DNA of 64,000 nt. Source: Octopus sinensis. Its lineage: Eukaryota. Positions 24,395 to 38,084 of this stretch are shown one piece after another (the first letter of the stretch is position 1; every line of letters begins with the position of its first letter). The DNA lies in NCBI RefSeq assembly GCF_006345805.1, contig NC_043010.1:68138001-68202000 (forward strand), read 5' to 3'. A program made the translations under genes and the position numbers. The notes below the pieces were generated by a model. It searched no databases. It was not told the origin of the DNA and saw only the letters and a list, made by a program, of their open reading frames with translations.

Positions 24395-24550
24395 CTTATG
24401 AATATACAAGTGTGCGTGTCGCTGCATATATTGTGTGTGTGTGTGTAAATGTTTATATGCATGTGTATGTATATGCATGTATGTGTGTGTATGTGTATAT
24501 GTGTACGCACATATATACATGCACTTATAATTGCATGTGTGTGCAGGTGT
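23500..24550. repeat. Compound (GT)/(TA)/(ATGT) low-complexity tracts
   Basis: Directly visible; source of spurious VC/YI ORFs. Confidence 0.9.
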
Positions 24551-25482
24551 AAAGTGTTACCAATATTTTGGTCAGAATTGTAATTCTTTTATTGAAAAAC
24601 AAAAGAACAAAAAAAAAAAACAAACAAAATTCTTTAAATTTGTCAAGTCTTGGAGAAAAGTTTGGACAATTAAAAGCTGTCAATGTTAAAAATCCTTTTG
24701 TAAGGAATTTCTTTGAATGTATTCACCATCCTATATATATTTTTTTTCAGTTTAATTTACATTATGAATTCCTTATTTTTTAAGTCTTTAGAAAAACAGA
24801 TGCAAAAAGGAATTTTATTCTAAAATTTTCTTATTTCAAAGTGGAGGGATGGTTGTCTTTTAAACCTACTCCGCTTTATGGCCCACACCCCCAAATATAC
24901 AGCATGGCCATGTAATTATTTTAATAATGGTTTATTTATTTGAAATCGCAAATGTAATAATACCTGGTTGTGTTTAATCATAGACCTTTGATTATGACTT
25001 CTAAGGTAACTCTTTCTGATCCCTTTTTCATGGACGTGTCTCCCTTTCAAATTTCCATGTTTCTAGCTGGAGGTCATCTTATTAGTTTTGTTAGTGGGTA
25101 CCACAGTAACACACACTGGCCCTTTTTTTTTTTTTGTAGGATGTGGTACTTGTGGCCAAATACACAAACCTTAGTTTAAAACCATTGTAATGAGCAGATG
25201 AAGGGAGTTTATCTCTTGATCTACTTGAAATAGTTCTGATGTCTTCCTCAGATCACATCCTACTGTCTTCAGTAAAAAGATGTTTTGAATATTGTGGTAC
25301 TGGATTCCTTGTACAGGCTGAATCAGTTCTGTTATTGTGTTCCCTGAGAAAACACCTGCATTCCATTAAGAAAAAACGATAAAAAAAATACAATATCCTA
25401 ATGTCTCACTTAATGCATATTGGTACACAAAATATACACTCAGAATAGAGTATTTACAGATCTCTCTCCTGCTCCCCACACT

Positions 25483-25702
25483 CTCAGTCTCTCTCTGTCT
25501 CCCTCCCTCTCTCTTTCCTTCTCTCTCTCCCTCTCTGTCGCTCCCTCCCTCCTCTCTTTCCCCCGCTCCCTCCCTCTCTCTCTCTCTCGATTCCTCTCTC
25601 TCTCATTCCCTCTCTTTCTGTCGCTCCCTCCCTCTCTCTCTCCCTCTTTCTCTTCCACTCCCTCCTCTTCCTCCCCACCCTCCTCTCCCTCCCTCCCCAC
25701 CT
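25483..25702. repeat. About 220-bp polypyrimidine (CT) tract
   Basis: Nearly pure C/T on the + strand. Confidence 0.9.
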
Positions 25703-26556
25703 TCCAAGTACATCCAAGCATCGTTACCATGTCCCAAATCCTGTTGCATTTCACATGGAAGTTTTTGGTTCTCCAGAACCTTGGTGTATAAACCGACCTG
25801 TCTTTTGTTTTGGCCGTTAATTTCGGCCTGAAAATTTCCGAAAATATGCATCCCGTCGGAAAATACAGTATGCATATTTGTGTACTAAGAAGTGCAAACT
25901 TGAGTTTGTGGCAGAATTTGAGCAGATAAGAGCAAACCATCGATAAGGTCGCGGGCTGCCGTAAAGGGACAACGAAAAACCGACGGACTGGTTGATCCAA
26001 CAATTGAAATAGCTAATTGGTTAACTGACTGGCAAGCTTACTTGTTGTGCTGCGCTGGAGGAACATGTTATAGAACTGATTAAGCTTCTTGCAAGATGTT
26101 ACATGAACATGCCTAATGATAATTAATTAATTAATTAAACTTTATGAATATTCTCAATTATATGTGAAACTTTAATTAAACTCATTTAGCTATTTGGAAG
26201 ATAAGCAAACTTAAGTCTTAAACTCTATAATCATACAACAAACCCTAAAATTGGTTACTTTAATTATGTTGATGCAATTTGTTGTGATGTTGTTATCGGG
26301 TCTGCAAGAGTGCTCCGGCGGTAACACGCTGAGCAGTAATTAATTTCGTTGATCAGTAACCGAGTTCAAATCCTGCCAGTCTCAGCTTCGGCATTGCATT
26401 TTTATCCCACCGTTGGTTTGCAGGAAACATTTACTATACTCTGTTCAGTTGCCTAAAGTTATTTCCAAACACATCATCTGTGTATGTCAGTGTGTGTGTG
26501 TGTTATATATATATATATACATACACAGACACAAACTATATAATACGATAGAAAAT

Positions 26557-26815
26557 TATAGAAGGTGGCGAGCTGGCAGAAGCGTTAGCACGCCGGGCGA
26601 AATGCTTAGCGGTATTTTGTCTGCTGTTACGTTCTGAGTTCAAATTCCGCCGAGGTTGACTTTGCCTTTCATCCCTTCGGGGTCGATAAAATAAGTACCA
26701 GTAAACGCACTGGTACTTTGATAAAATAAGTACCAGTCGCGCACTGGGGTCAATGTAATCGACTTAATCCGTTTGTCTGTCCTTGCTTAGCCCCTTGTGG
26801 GCAATAAAGCAATAA
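26557..26815 (+). mobile_element. SINE family B, tail type B1
   Basis: GGCGAGCTGGCAGAAGCGTTAGCACGCC head, GAGTTCAAATTCC B-box, B1 tail. Confidence 0.9.
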
Positions 26816-27573
26816 GAAAATTATACAGGGTTCAGGGGTCACCAACTGATTGGGATACATCAAAACCCAAGTAACACTGGGGGTCAGAGACAATAAAAAA
26901 ATAGGACCACTTTCCCTTAGTACGTAGGATAATGAAAGAAATGAAGTATTGTGTTGAAGGTTTTTTTTTTATATCGATTATACCGATTTGTTCGATATAT
27001 TGAACTTGGAAGGAGAAAAAGAACTCCGTAAAGTTGGATTTGAATTCGACATGCTAAGGGACTGTTTTGTCCGACATTCTGTTGAAAATAATTATTTTTC
27101 TTGAAGTTTCAAAATTCTTATGGCGTAAACAACATACAATTCTCGTTGGTGGGAACGAAGCTTCTGAAGTGGTTAGATAATTTCGAAGGATAGCTTTGGT
27201 CCAATGATAGAGCGCCTCTCATATGGTAGCTGGAAATATTCGTTCGAGTCGCACGGGCAATTTTTCAACCTTTTCTATCCGGATATTTGCACGCTATTAT
27301 TTATAGCTTTATCTGCTTCGAGATCAACAATATAAAATGCGTGTGTGTGTGTATAAAAATAGATGTATGATTGCTACCGTTAAGTTTAGAGCTCCGCCTA
27401 GATTTATCATCCAGTCTGCTTCCAGTGTAATGGTCAAGCAATATATGTTTGCTTCCCATCCACATGATTCCGGGTTCAGTCCCACTGCGTGACACCTTGG
27501 GCAGGTGTCTTTTTTTTTTAACCACAGGTCGACCAAAGCCTTGTGAGTGGATATTTGAAACAAAGAAACCCGT

Positions 27574-27604
<31 letters not shown>

Positions 27605-28626
27605 ATTTCCCCCACGACTTGACAACCAGTGTTGGTTTGTTTATGTCCCCATAGCGTAGCGGCTCCGCAAAAGGAGACCGATAGAATAAGTACCAGGCTT
27701 ATAAATTAGTACTGGAGTCGATTTGTTCGACTAAATCCTTCGAGGCACTGCCCCAGCATGGCCGCAGTATAATGACTGAAACACGAAAAAGGGTGTATAT
27801 ATATTGTGCCATTCTTACAAGCGTTGGCAATCGTGGACTTGCATCCCAAAGTCCGAATATTTACGACTCCCAGGAAAGGTACGGCAGTAACTTCCTCCTG
27901 TTGCTTCCCGCTGGTTTACTTCCTGTTTGCACCAAGCTAAACCTTAGGCAGGGGGGGGGGGTACTCACCCACGTGACACCAGGGCATGTCCATCCATATA
28001 GTGGTGGGCCTTTGTGACATGTCCAGAAGCCAGCTCTCTTCTGAGTCTTGTATGTCTTCGGTAACGTGACGATTTACTGTTGGACCCATGACTGAGGCCC
28101 TTGATTGGTAATTTCGTTCCGGCCCAAGCCCAAGCAGACTTGGGTGTAGCAGTAAGCTTGGAGGGACTCGATATTCCTCTAAATTCCTGAATTCCTGAGC
28201 TGAAACTTTTACAACCTGATGCAGTTTAATATCACGGGCCAGGACAGACAAATGGTGCAGGTTAAGTTTACTGTTCAACCACATGGTGCTGAGTTCAGTT
28301 TCAGCTGTGGGTGGATTTTGTAGACGAAAACTGAAAGCCCGTTTGGTTGTGTGTGAGTGTATGTATAAATGGTTGTCCCCACCGACGCTTCTGGGATTGT
28401 TTACGTTCACGTAACTTAACAGTTCGGCAAAAAAAACCGATGGAACTACTCGGCTTTAGCAGAAACCAAGTACTGGAGTCGATTTGTTCAACTAAACCCT
28501 TCTAGACTGAATCGGGTTCAGTCCCTCTGCGTGGCACCTTGGGCAAGTGTTTTCTACTATAGCCTCGGGCCAATCAAAGCTTTGTGAATAGATTTGGTAG
28601 ACGGAAACTGAAAGACGCCCGTCGTA

Positions 28627-28682
<56 letters not shown>

Positions 28683-29074
28683 GCTTGTCCTCCCACCATC
28701 GCTTGACAACCGATGTTGGTGTGTTTCATCCCTGTAACTTAGCGGTTCGGCGAAGGTGGCCGACAGAATAAGCATCAGGCTTACAAAGAATAAGTCGGTT
28801 TGTTCGACTAAAGGTGGTGCTCCAGCATGGACGATGTCAAATGACTGAAACAAGAAAACAAAAATAATAATAAAAAAAAAAGAATTGGCTTCAAATTTTG
28901 GTACTAGGCCAACAAGTGCGGGAGGGAGTAAGTCGATAACGTAGACCCCGAAGGGATGAAAGGCAAAGTCGACTTCGGTTGAATTTGAACTCGGAACAAA
29001 AAACAGGCGAAATGCCGCTAAGCAATTTGTCCGGCGTGTTAACGATTCTGCCAGCTCACCACCTTAATACGGGG

Positions 29075-29405
29075 ATGACTTTAAACAACATTCTATAGTG
29101 GGACCCTGGTTCGGGAGTTCCATGGTTTTGCAGAATGTGGAACCATCTCTTAGCCACAATTGTTCTCTGGTTTATTCTGACTCAGAAAAGTAGCACGTGT
29201 TAGGGCCCCAGCCATGGGTTGACCAGTATGTAAATAGAGGGAATGTTCCCAAATAGTTGGGAACAAGCCGCCCAGGACTTAATTCCGGGTGGCCCCTTAG
29301 CAAGGCCTTGCACCTGATGACCATTCAAGCCAGGGTTACGTTGATATCATAGGATGCAGCAGAATTGATTTTAAACAATTTCGGCAGAACTTATTGAGCC
29401 GAGAG
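29075..29405 (-). repeat. Unclassified interspersed repeat family F
   Basis: Collinear, diverged match to 41646-41995 (+) and 27990-28255 (+). Confidence 0.65.
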
Positions 29406-29716
29406 TGTATATCACTGCATGCAGAGCGAATGCACAGACGACAAACTTATCAACATCCAGGCTCAAGCAGCTCAGTTAGCAAACTACTGCTGTCATCTCC
29501 GGTCCTGGCATGCGCTGATGAGACATTTCAGCTATGACTCACTGGCACGAGCAGGTCCACCCGACATGATGTTGGTAAGGAGGAGGATGATACGTGTGGA
29601 TGTATATAAAGGCGGCGAGCTGGCAGAAACGTTAGCACGCCGGGCGAAATGCGTTGCCGTATTTCGTCTGCCGTTACGTTCTGAGTTCAAATTCCGCCGA
29701 GGTCCACTTTGCCTTC

Positions 29717-29870
29717 GAAGCAGTCATGGAAGCGGAGCATTTTGGACGAGCTCAGGACCACCGGTCTGACATGGGAAGCATCCAAGAAACACGCCAATGA
29801 CCGCAAGAAGTGGAAAACAACTGTTGAGGCCCTATGCTCCACAAGGGGCAAAAAGGATTAAGAAGAAGTC
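29717..29870 (+). mobile_element. RTE LINE 3' end
   Basis: KQSWKRSILDELRTTGLTWEASKKHANDRKKWKTTVEALCSTRGKKD* followed by an (AAG)n tail. Confidence 0.8.
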
Positions 29871-30699
29871 CTATAGAAGTTTGTGCTGTTGTTATTTAGC
29901 CCCAGGCCAAACCTGGCCTGATAGACCAATATAATCAAAGCATTCCAGCACTGATAGACTTAATACATCTTGGATTACATTATCCAATGTGTCCTGTATT
30001 TAGTTATGGTAAGGTAGATTATCATTTGATGGAGATTTGCCTGCCATTTTCAGCAGGTCGAACGTTGGGACTCTTGGCGGTTCAAGACGTGTGTGGGTGT
30101 GTGTAGGATATGTCTATTGGCCATGTGACTGACTCTATAGTCACGTGTTCTAACCAACCCTGAGTTGTTCGCTTTTGGCTTTGGTAAGGCAGACTACGGT
30201 ACCCCGGCGAAAGTAGGTACTGTTGCTATATCACAGGTGAACGGATTAGGCTATTAACTGGAAAAGATTTCCAGCTTAAGATATCTCCCTTCTCGCAAAA
30301 TACCAAAAACAAAACAAAACAAAACCCTCTTGTCCCAGCTGTTCGTATGCTGGTGTGTTTACGTTCCCGTCACCTAGCGGTTCGGCAAAAGAGACCGATA
30401 GAATAAGTACTGGGCTTACAAAGAATAAGTCCCGGGGTCGATTTGCTCGACTAAAGGCGGTGCTTCAGCATGGCCGCAGTCAAATGACTGAAACATGTAA
30501 AAGAGTAAATGACCATTTTTACCAAACCATCTTGACGATTCCACAACAGAGGCAGATATACAGGGTGGGCCCAGAGTCACGCAGTTAAAGTTTAAAATGT
30601 TTTGGAATTGTCGAAGCCATGAATAAAATTGAATAAAATAAATAAACTGATGATGAATGCACACATACTTGTACATGATGAGAAAAATGAATAATAATG

Positions 30700-31600
30700 A
30701 TTCTTTCTACTATAGGCACAAAATTCGGGGGCAGGGGATAGTCGATTGTATCGACCTCCAGTATTCAACTGGTACTAAGTTCATCGACTCCGAAAGGACG
30801 AAAGGCTAAGTCCGACTGCAGCGGAATTTGAACTCAGAACGTAGTGACGGGCGAAATACCGCTAAGCATTTCATCCGGCGTGCTAACGATTCTGCCAGCC
30901 CACCGCCTTAATAACCCTTTCTACTATAGGCACAAGGCCTGAAATTTTGGGGAAGGGGGCTAGTCGATTATATCGACCCAGTACTCAACTGGTACTCAAT
31001 TTATCGATTCCGAAAGGATGAAAGACAAAGTTGACCTCAGTGGAATTTGAACTCAGAACGTAAAGATGGACGAAATGCCGCTAAGCATTTGGTCCATCGC
31101 TACGTCTTTCATGTTAACGATTCTGCCAGATTTTGGCACAATGAGACCAATTTTTAAGGAAGGGAGTTGGTCGATATCATCGATCCCAGTGCTTTATTTT
31201 TATCAACCCCGAATGGATGAAATGAACAGTTGGCTTCGGTGGGATTTGAACTGAGAACGTAAAAAGCCGAAAGAGAAACCGCTTGGCCATCCCCCTCCCC
31301 GACGTACCAACGACTCTGCCAGCTCGTCGGCTTACCCTATCTTATAATAATATTGCTTTCAAATTTTTGGCACAAGGCCAGCATTTCGGGGACTCCAAAA
31401 GGATGAAAATTGAAGTCGACCTCGGCGGAATTTGAGCTCTGAACGTAGACAGACGAAATGTCGCGAATCATATCGCCCGGCGTGCTAACGATTCTGCCAT
31501 ACACTAATAAATGATGTAATAAATAATGGTGCTGATTTTATCGACCCAGAAAGGGATAAAAGCCAAAGTCAACCTCGGCGACGTTTGAACCCAGAACGGA
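30700..31600 (-). mobile_element. Array of about five head-to-tail SINE family B copies
   Basis: Repeated family B blocks, each separated by an AAT-rich tail. Confidence 0.85.
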
Positions 31601-31673
31601 CAGACGGATCTTATTGTAATAATATTAAAAATATATATCGAGAGCCACGTGTATATGTGAGTGAGTGAGTGAG

Positions 31674-31975
31674 TGTTTGTTTCTTCTTCTCGAGCCATGC
31701 CTGGCTCATAAGGGCCGGTTTCCTGGTTTCCTTGGCGTATAGGTTCCCTACCTGGATGGTACGCCGCTCCGTCGCAGGTGAGCTGCAAGATGCAGGAGGA
31801 AAGAGTGAGAGAAAGTTGTGGCGAATGAGTCAGCAGAAGTTCACCATTACCTTCTGCCGGAGCCACATGGAGCTTAGGTGTTTCGCTCATAAACACACAT
31901 CACCTGGTCTGAGATTCGAACCAGCGATCCCTCGACCGCGAGTCCGCTGCTCTAACCATTAGGCCATGTGCCTCC
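31674..31975 (-). mobile_element. SINE family D, tail type D1
   Basis: Near-identical to 21570-21871. Confidence 0.9.
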
Positions 31976-33556
31976 ACCTTGTGTGAGTGAGTGTTGAGGT
32001 ATGGACAAAAGCTATGAAAAATAAGAGACTATTGTGTAAATTAGAAGAAAACAAGATTAATTACTGTTGACTGACGGTGGTGGTGATGATTGAATGATAC
32101 GGACATTTAAAGTGTGTGTGTGTGTTTGAGGGAGAGGGAAGGGTTGGGCGATATCTTCTATCTTTTTACCGGTTTCAGTCATTGGACTGCAGCCATGCTG
32201 GGGCACTGCCTTGAATGATTTAGTCGAACAAATCGAACCCAGTGTTTATTGTTTTCTTTTCTTTACTAAAGTTTGTAAATCGGTCACTTTTGTCGAACTT
32301 TTAAGTTACGGTGACATAAACAAACCAACACCGGTTGCCAAGCGGTTTCGGTGGGGAAAAACATACATACATACATATTATATATATATACACGACGGGC
32401 TTCCAAGCAGTTTCCAGCTAGCAAAATTCACTCGCAAGGCAGAGGACGGCGCGGGGACTATAATAGAAGACATTTGCCCCAAGGTGCCGTGTGGTGGAAC
32501 TGAACCTGAAACCACGCAAGTGTAAAAACGAGCTTCTTAAATCACACACCCATGCCTGATCAAAAATAAAATATAATAAAATAAAATAATGAAAAAAAAA
32601 AGACAAAATGTATGAATTGGTGTCCGAAACGGCTTAATTTTTGTTGAAAACATTGGTGATAAATAATCAAATATGAAATAACGTCAATGATAATACGAAT
32701 CTGATATTTTTCCTGTTATTTTTCTTCTTTCCAAAAATAAAATTCTAAATGCTTCTATGAAGAAAATATCATTCTCTGTGTTATTTATTTCTGTGTCGAA
32801 TGCTTTTATCGGGGGTTCGAGTCTGAAGCTCCTCCTAATTGCTTTTACATAATAAATTGGTGTGGAGAAATGCACCTGTAGTAATTGATCGAAGCGTAAC
32901 CAAGCATTTTTTCGTTAATCAAAAGATGTAACTGCTATTCGAACCCTGCACGAAGTGATAATGATTAACATCCATCATTATGGCTTGAACGGCTTTCATT
33001 ATCGAACTGTTTAAACAATGACTTCGAACTAAACTAAAACAAAAAAAATGTCAATTGGTAAGGGAGGTAACTTTAAATTTTAAGCTGATGCAAATGATGA
33101 AGTTATTTCCCTTGGACGGTTTAAACAAGGGACGTTACTGTAAAACACTGTTGTATGATATCTACTACATACTCTCCTTATATCCTTTTGTTTCAGTCAT
33201 TTGACTGCGGCCATGCTGGAGCACCGACTTTAGTCGAGCAAATAGACCCCAGCACTTACTCTTTGTAAGCCTAGTACTTATTTTATCGGTGTCTTTTGCC
33301 GAACAGCTAAGTAAACACACCAGGAACTGGTTGTTAAGCAATGTTGGACGGAGGGTGGAGGACAAACACAGGCATACAAACACACATACACACACACACA
33401 CACACACATACATATATATGACGGGATTCTTTCAGTTTCCGTCTACCAAATCCACTCGCAAGGCTATAATAGAAGATACTTGCCCAAGGTGCCACGCAGT
33501 ACGACTGAACCCATGTGGTTATTAAGCAAGCTACTTACCACACAGCCACTCCTACG

Positions 33557-33599
<43 letters not shown>

Positions 33600-33898
33600 C
33601 AGTACTTGGAGAATAAGAACGGAACGAAACGAACGAATCGAATCGAATCGACGCGAGGGCGCTGTCATACAATAGTGTAATAAATAAAATATATGCATAC
33701 CTACCTACATCTACATGTATATATACGTGAGTTGAGGACACCACAACTAGACGTAGAACTCAACGAGAAACGAAAACGGAAAAACAAGCATGGAACAAAC
33801 CATTTTTTTACAACAGAAAAACAGAGTACAAGACAAACTACACAAGGAAAAATACTCTTCATCAGCTGTCCTTAGTTCAACTCTAGCGTGTTTCGAAA

Positions 33899-33937
<39 letters not shown>

Positions 33938-33990
33938 GTCAAGCTACTATATATAGGCAAGCTACTCCTGCGCCTATATATATATACGAT

Positions 33991-34029
<39 letters not shown>

Positions 34030-34269
34030 TTCACACACATACAAACACAGCCAGTTCACTGTGTGTGTGGTGTATACATCATTAAAAAACAATACTTTTA
34101 AACCTTACATTTCACTCGGACGGACCAGTTTGTGTTCAACTTCAGGTGTGCTTTTCTTTACGTTTATAGATTTCTCTCAACTGCGTTTGAACTGAATTAT
34201 AATTTCTAAAATGATAAATATAATTACGTAGGAGTAAAACATAATGTAGAACAATCGTGCAGGTCAATG

Positions 34270-34825
34270 TGTATAAGTAAATATTCTTTTCTACTCAAGG
34301 CACAAGGCCCGAGATTTTTGGGAAGTGGAGCAGTCGATTATATCGACCCCAGTACGCAACTGGTGCTTAATTTATTGATTCCGGAAGAACGAAACGCAAA
34401 GTCGATCTCGGCGGAATTTGAACTTAGAACGTAATGGCAGACGAAATACCTATTTCTTTACTGCCCACAAGGGGCTACACACAGAGTGGCTAAGCAAGGA
34501 CGGACAAAGGGGTTAAGTCGATTATATTGACCTCAGTGCGTAACTAGTACTTAATTTATCGACCCCGAAAGGATGAAAGGCAGAGTCGACCTCGGCGGAA
34601 TTTGAACTTAGAACGTAACGGCAGACGAAATACCTATTTCTTTACTACCCACGAGGGGCTAAATACACAGGACAGACAAACGGATTAAGTCGATTACATC
34701 GACCCCAGTGCGTAACTTAATTTATCGACCCCGGAAGGATGAAAGGCAAAGTCGACCTCGGTGGAATTTGAACTCAGAACTTAACGGCAGACGAAATACC
34801 GCTAAGCATTTCATCCGGCGTGCGA
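34270..34825 (-). mobile_element. SINE family B trimer (B1-B1-B2)
   Basis: Junctions AAAGAAATA|GGTATTTCGTCTG at 34634/5 and 34450/1. Confidence 0.88.
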
Positions 34826-35384
34826 CATCGACTTTGCCTTTCATCCTTTCGGGGTCGATAAAATAAGTACCAGTTGAACACAGGGTGGTGGGGATGGGGT
34901 TCTATGTAATCGACAAATTCCCTCTTGATATTTCAGATATTTTTCCAATGGGAGAAAGAAAGATTAAAAGCGGCGACTATCTGGCGGAATCATTAATGTA
35001 CCGGACAAAAAGGGTAACGGCATTTCATCCGGCTTCGTTCTGAGTTCAGATTCCGCTAACATCAACTGTACCTTTCATCCTTTCATGATCGATAAAATAA
35101 TTACTAGTCGAGTTCTAGGGTCGACCCAATCGATCAGCCTGCTCCCTCAAAATGTAGACCTTGTGCTTATAAGAGAAAGAATTATTCGATATTGTTTCTA
35201 ATTTTGGCACAAGGCCAGCAATTCTGGAGAGAGTGTAAATCGATTAAATTGACCCTCAGTGCTCGACTGGTACTTATTTTATCAATTCTAAAAGGATGAA
35301 TGGCAAAGTCGACTTTGGCAGAATTTGAACTCAGAGCGTAAAGCCGAACGAAATGGCGTTTTACCTGGCGTGCTACCGCTTCTG

Positions 35385-35600
35385 CCAGCACATTGACGAC
35401 ATTACGACAAAAGCCTTCCCGATTAAGCACGAGTTCTCCAGCTGCCTTGCCACAACTCTCTTGTCCAAACAGCTCTTGATATTGTCCATCCAATGCGTTC
35501 TTTACTTGCCTTTTGATCTATTGTCCTCTACTCTTCAAACGTCTTCGAATATGGCCATCACAGACGAGCTTTCGATCTTCACAATGTTCAAGAGTTGTCA
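35385..35600 (-). mobile_element. RTE (BovB-like) LINE 3' fragment
   Basis: Frameshifted DRKLVCDGHIRR...RSKGK*RTHWMDNIK, similar to RKLQYFGHIMR...RGRQRMRWLDGI. Confidence 0.7.
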
Positions 35601-35606
35601 CCCTCA

Positions 35607-36021
35607 TTTACTCTTTACTCTTTTACTTGTTTCAGTCATGTGACTGCGGCCATGCTGGAGCACTGCCTTTTAGTCGAGCAAATCGAGCCCAGGACTTATT
35701 CTTCGTAAGCCTAGTACTTATTCTATCGGTCTCTTTTGCTGAACCGCTAAGTTACGGGGACATAAACACACCAGCATCGGTTGTCGAGCGATGTTGGGGG
35801 ACAAACATAGACACACAAACATATATACACACACATATATAATATATACAAATATATGACGGGCTTCTTTCAGTTTCCGTCTACCAAATCCACTCACAAG
35901 GCTTTGGTTGGCCTGAGGCTATAGTAGAAGACATTTGCCCAAGGTGCCACGCATTGGGACTGAACCCGGAACCATGTGGCTGGTAAACAAGCTACTTACC
36001 ACACAACCACTCCTACGTCTA
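35607..36021 (-). mobile_element. SINE family A, full length
   Basis: Consensus-like copy with intact CpGs. Confidence 0.9.
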
Positions 36022-36404
36022 TTTGCAGTAACACCCTTTCATTTGCCCGATGACCCTTGCAAGTGACTCGTAACACTCTCCTATACACTCACATTTCAAA
36101 TACATGGATTATGTTCTCTTCAAATTTCTTCCGAGTCCGTGCTTCGGAACCACATTAGCCATTATAAACATTATTTTGAGACGGTAAACATTGAAATATG
36201 TTCACCGCCGAACACGAACCACGAATCTGCCGATTATTGGACGTCTGGGTTATTGATTACTCTGTTAAAACATTTGCTAATTATTTTCCACTAATTAAAT
36301 ATTTTAGAATAAAAATCATTAAAATTGCTGGCCTTGTGCTAAAATTTGAAAGAATTATTTCTCTTTCTCCTTTTCTAATTCTCCTCTGCCTTCACCATCT
36401 CCTC

Positions 36405-36481
36405 GTAGTAGTAGTTGTAGTAATAGTAATAGTAGTAGCAGCAGCATTAGTATTAGTATTAGTTGTTGTAGTAGTAGCAGC

Positions 36482-36521
<40 letters not shown>

Positions 36522-36585
36522 TAGTAGTAGTAGTAGTAGTAGCAGCAGCAGCAGTATTAGTTTTATTATTAGTAGTAGTAGTTCT
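36405..36585. repeat. Compound trinucleotide microsatellite (GTA/GCA/TTA)
   Basis: Directly visible. Confidence 0.95.
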
Positions 36586-37652
36586 TCTTCACTTCGTGCC
36601 AAGTGGCATCTCAAGTTTCCTCTCTCTCTCCCCCCCCCCAATGCTTCCCTGTCGATGACTGTGGTTCGTGCCTGATCCTTTCTCTTTCCAGAGCTTAGGA
36701 AGAATTGCCTCTTCAAGGTGCCAAGGTGAAGTAAATCCTTCTGAGTGTCTGACGTTTCTGTAATCAAATTTTTTATTTTGCAGAATCAGGTAATTAACCC
36801 AATGCCCAACATTCAAGACCTGAAGTGGAGTTGGTTTCCTGCAAGGATTTTCTTGCCTTAGACGATCGCAGTGGTGTCCAATCCCATGAGCTCCATCTTC
36901 CCGGGATCTGAAATCGAAGTCTCTTTCTTCTAAGAGGTTTTATCGCTCCCCAGCCTGACCAGCCTGGTCTATGACTATCCAACCCCCCCCACAAAAAAAG
37001 AATGTAGAGAACTAGTCTTGACACCGGTCCTTCGAACCTGCGCCGCGTTAGTCACGGCTGTGTTTGTTGTATCCACCCTGCCCCGTATCGCGATGGAACA
37101 CTTACAGAGGCGTAGTGTGGAGGAGCAATTACAAAGCTTACTCCTAACTAGGGACACACTGAACCCCCTAAGTGTTAAACAATGAGAACGTGTGTAAGAG
37201 AGTGTTGTACTAGAGTATTACAGTACCAAACGATCATGTTCAATAATTGGTTTGTATTGATTTTCATATGGGTAGAATGTTTCATTTCAATATGTAAGAA
37301 TGCTAACATCAGAATTGTGGTATTGTTGCCTCGGCGGAATTTGATCTTGGAACGTAAAGGCGGACGAAATGTCGCAAATCACTTTGTCCGGCGAGCTAAC
37401 GATTCTCCTAGCTCGTCGCCTTAATAATAGTAATAATCCTTTCTACTATATACTCAAAGCGTGAGATTTAGGGGAGGGGTACAAGTCGATTACATCGACC
37501 CCAGTGTTTCACTGGTGCTTAATTTATCGACCACGAAAGGGTGAAAGGCAAAGTCGACCTCGGCGGTATTTGAACTTAGAACTTAGAAAATGCGTTAAAA
37601 TCAAAATACAGCCAGCGTCACTGGTGAATGAGTATAGCATCCTTACCTAAAA

Positions 37653-37676
37653 CCCTAACCCTAACCCTAACCCTAA
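37653..37676. repeat. Interstitial telomere-type repeat (CCCTAA)4
   Basis: Four perfect units. Confidence 0.9.
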
Positions 37677-38084
37677 AACCTTAAAGCTAAAACCAGTACA
37701 AATGCACGAACGATGTCATAAATAACAGTGACAAACGAAAAATACACCGCCGATAGTTGTTGTTAACAAACAACGGCAGTAATTTTATTCAGCTGAATAC
37801 ATGTCATTGATTGGTTGAAATTACCGAAATAGGACTACTTTAACGTGAAATTACTTCGTAAATATAAGTTTTTCTCAACAACACATAAGAGTAAAACATG
37901 TTTTATATTACACATTCTACCAGTATACGAAGTTTGAAAGTGTTTAGTTACAAAAAATTATTCTTTAAATCTGTCGGTCAAAAGGTAAAGATCTCGAGTA
38001 TGACGTCATAATATGTACCATGTTTTCAATAAACATTTTAGGTGCCTGTGTAGTGGTGAGAAAACTCACAGTGAAGCATCTAGG

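Noticed and set aside
33855-33900. CTGATGA and GAAACACGC-TA on the minus strand
   Set aside because: Order and pairing do not give a valid hammerhead topology
36770-36796. Acceptor-like ttttgcAG + AATCAG + GTAATT, a possible 6-nt microexon
   Set aside because: 14 kb beyond the stop codon with no partner exons; expected by chance
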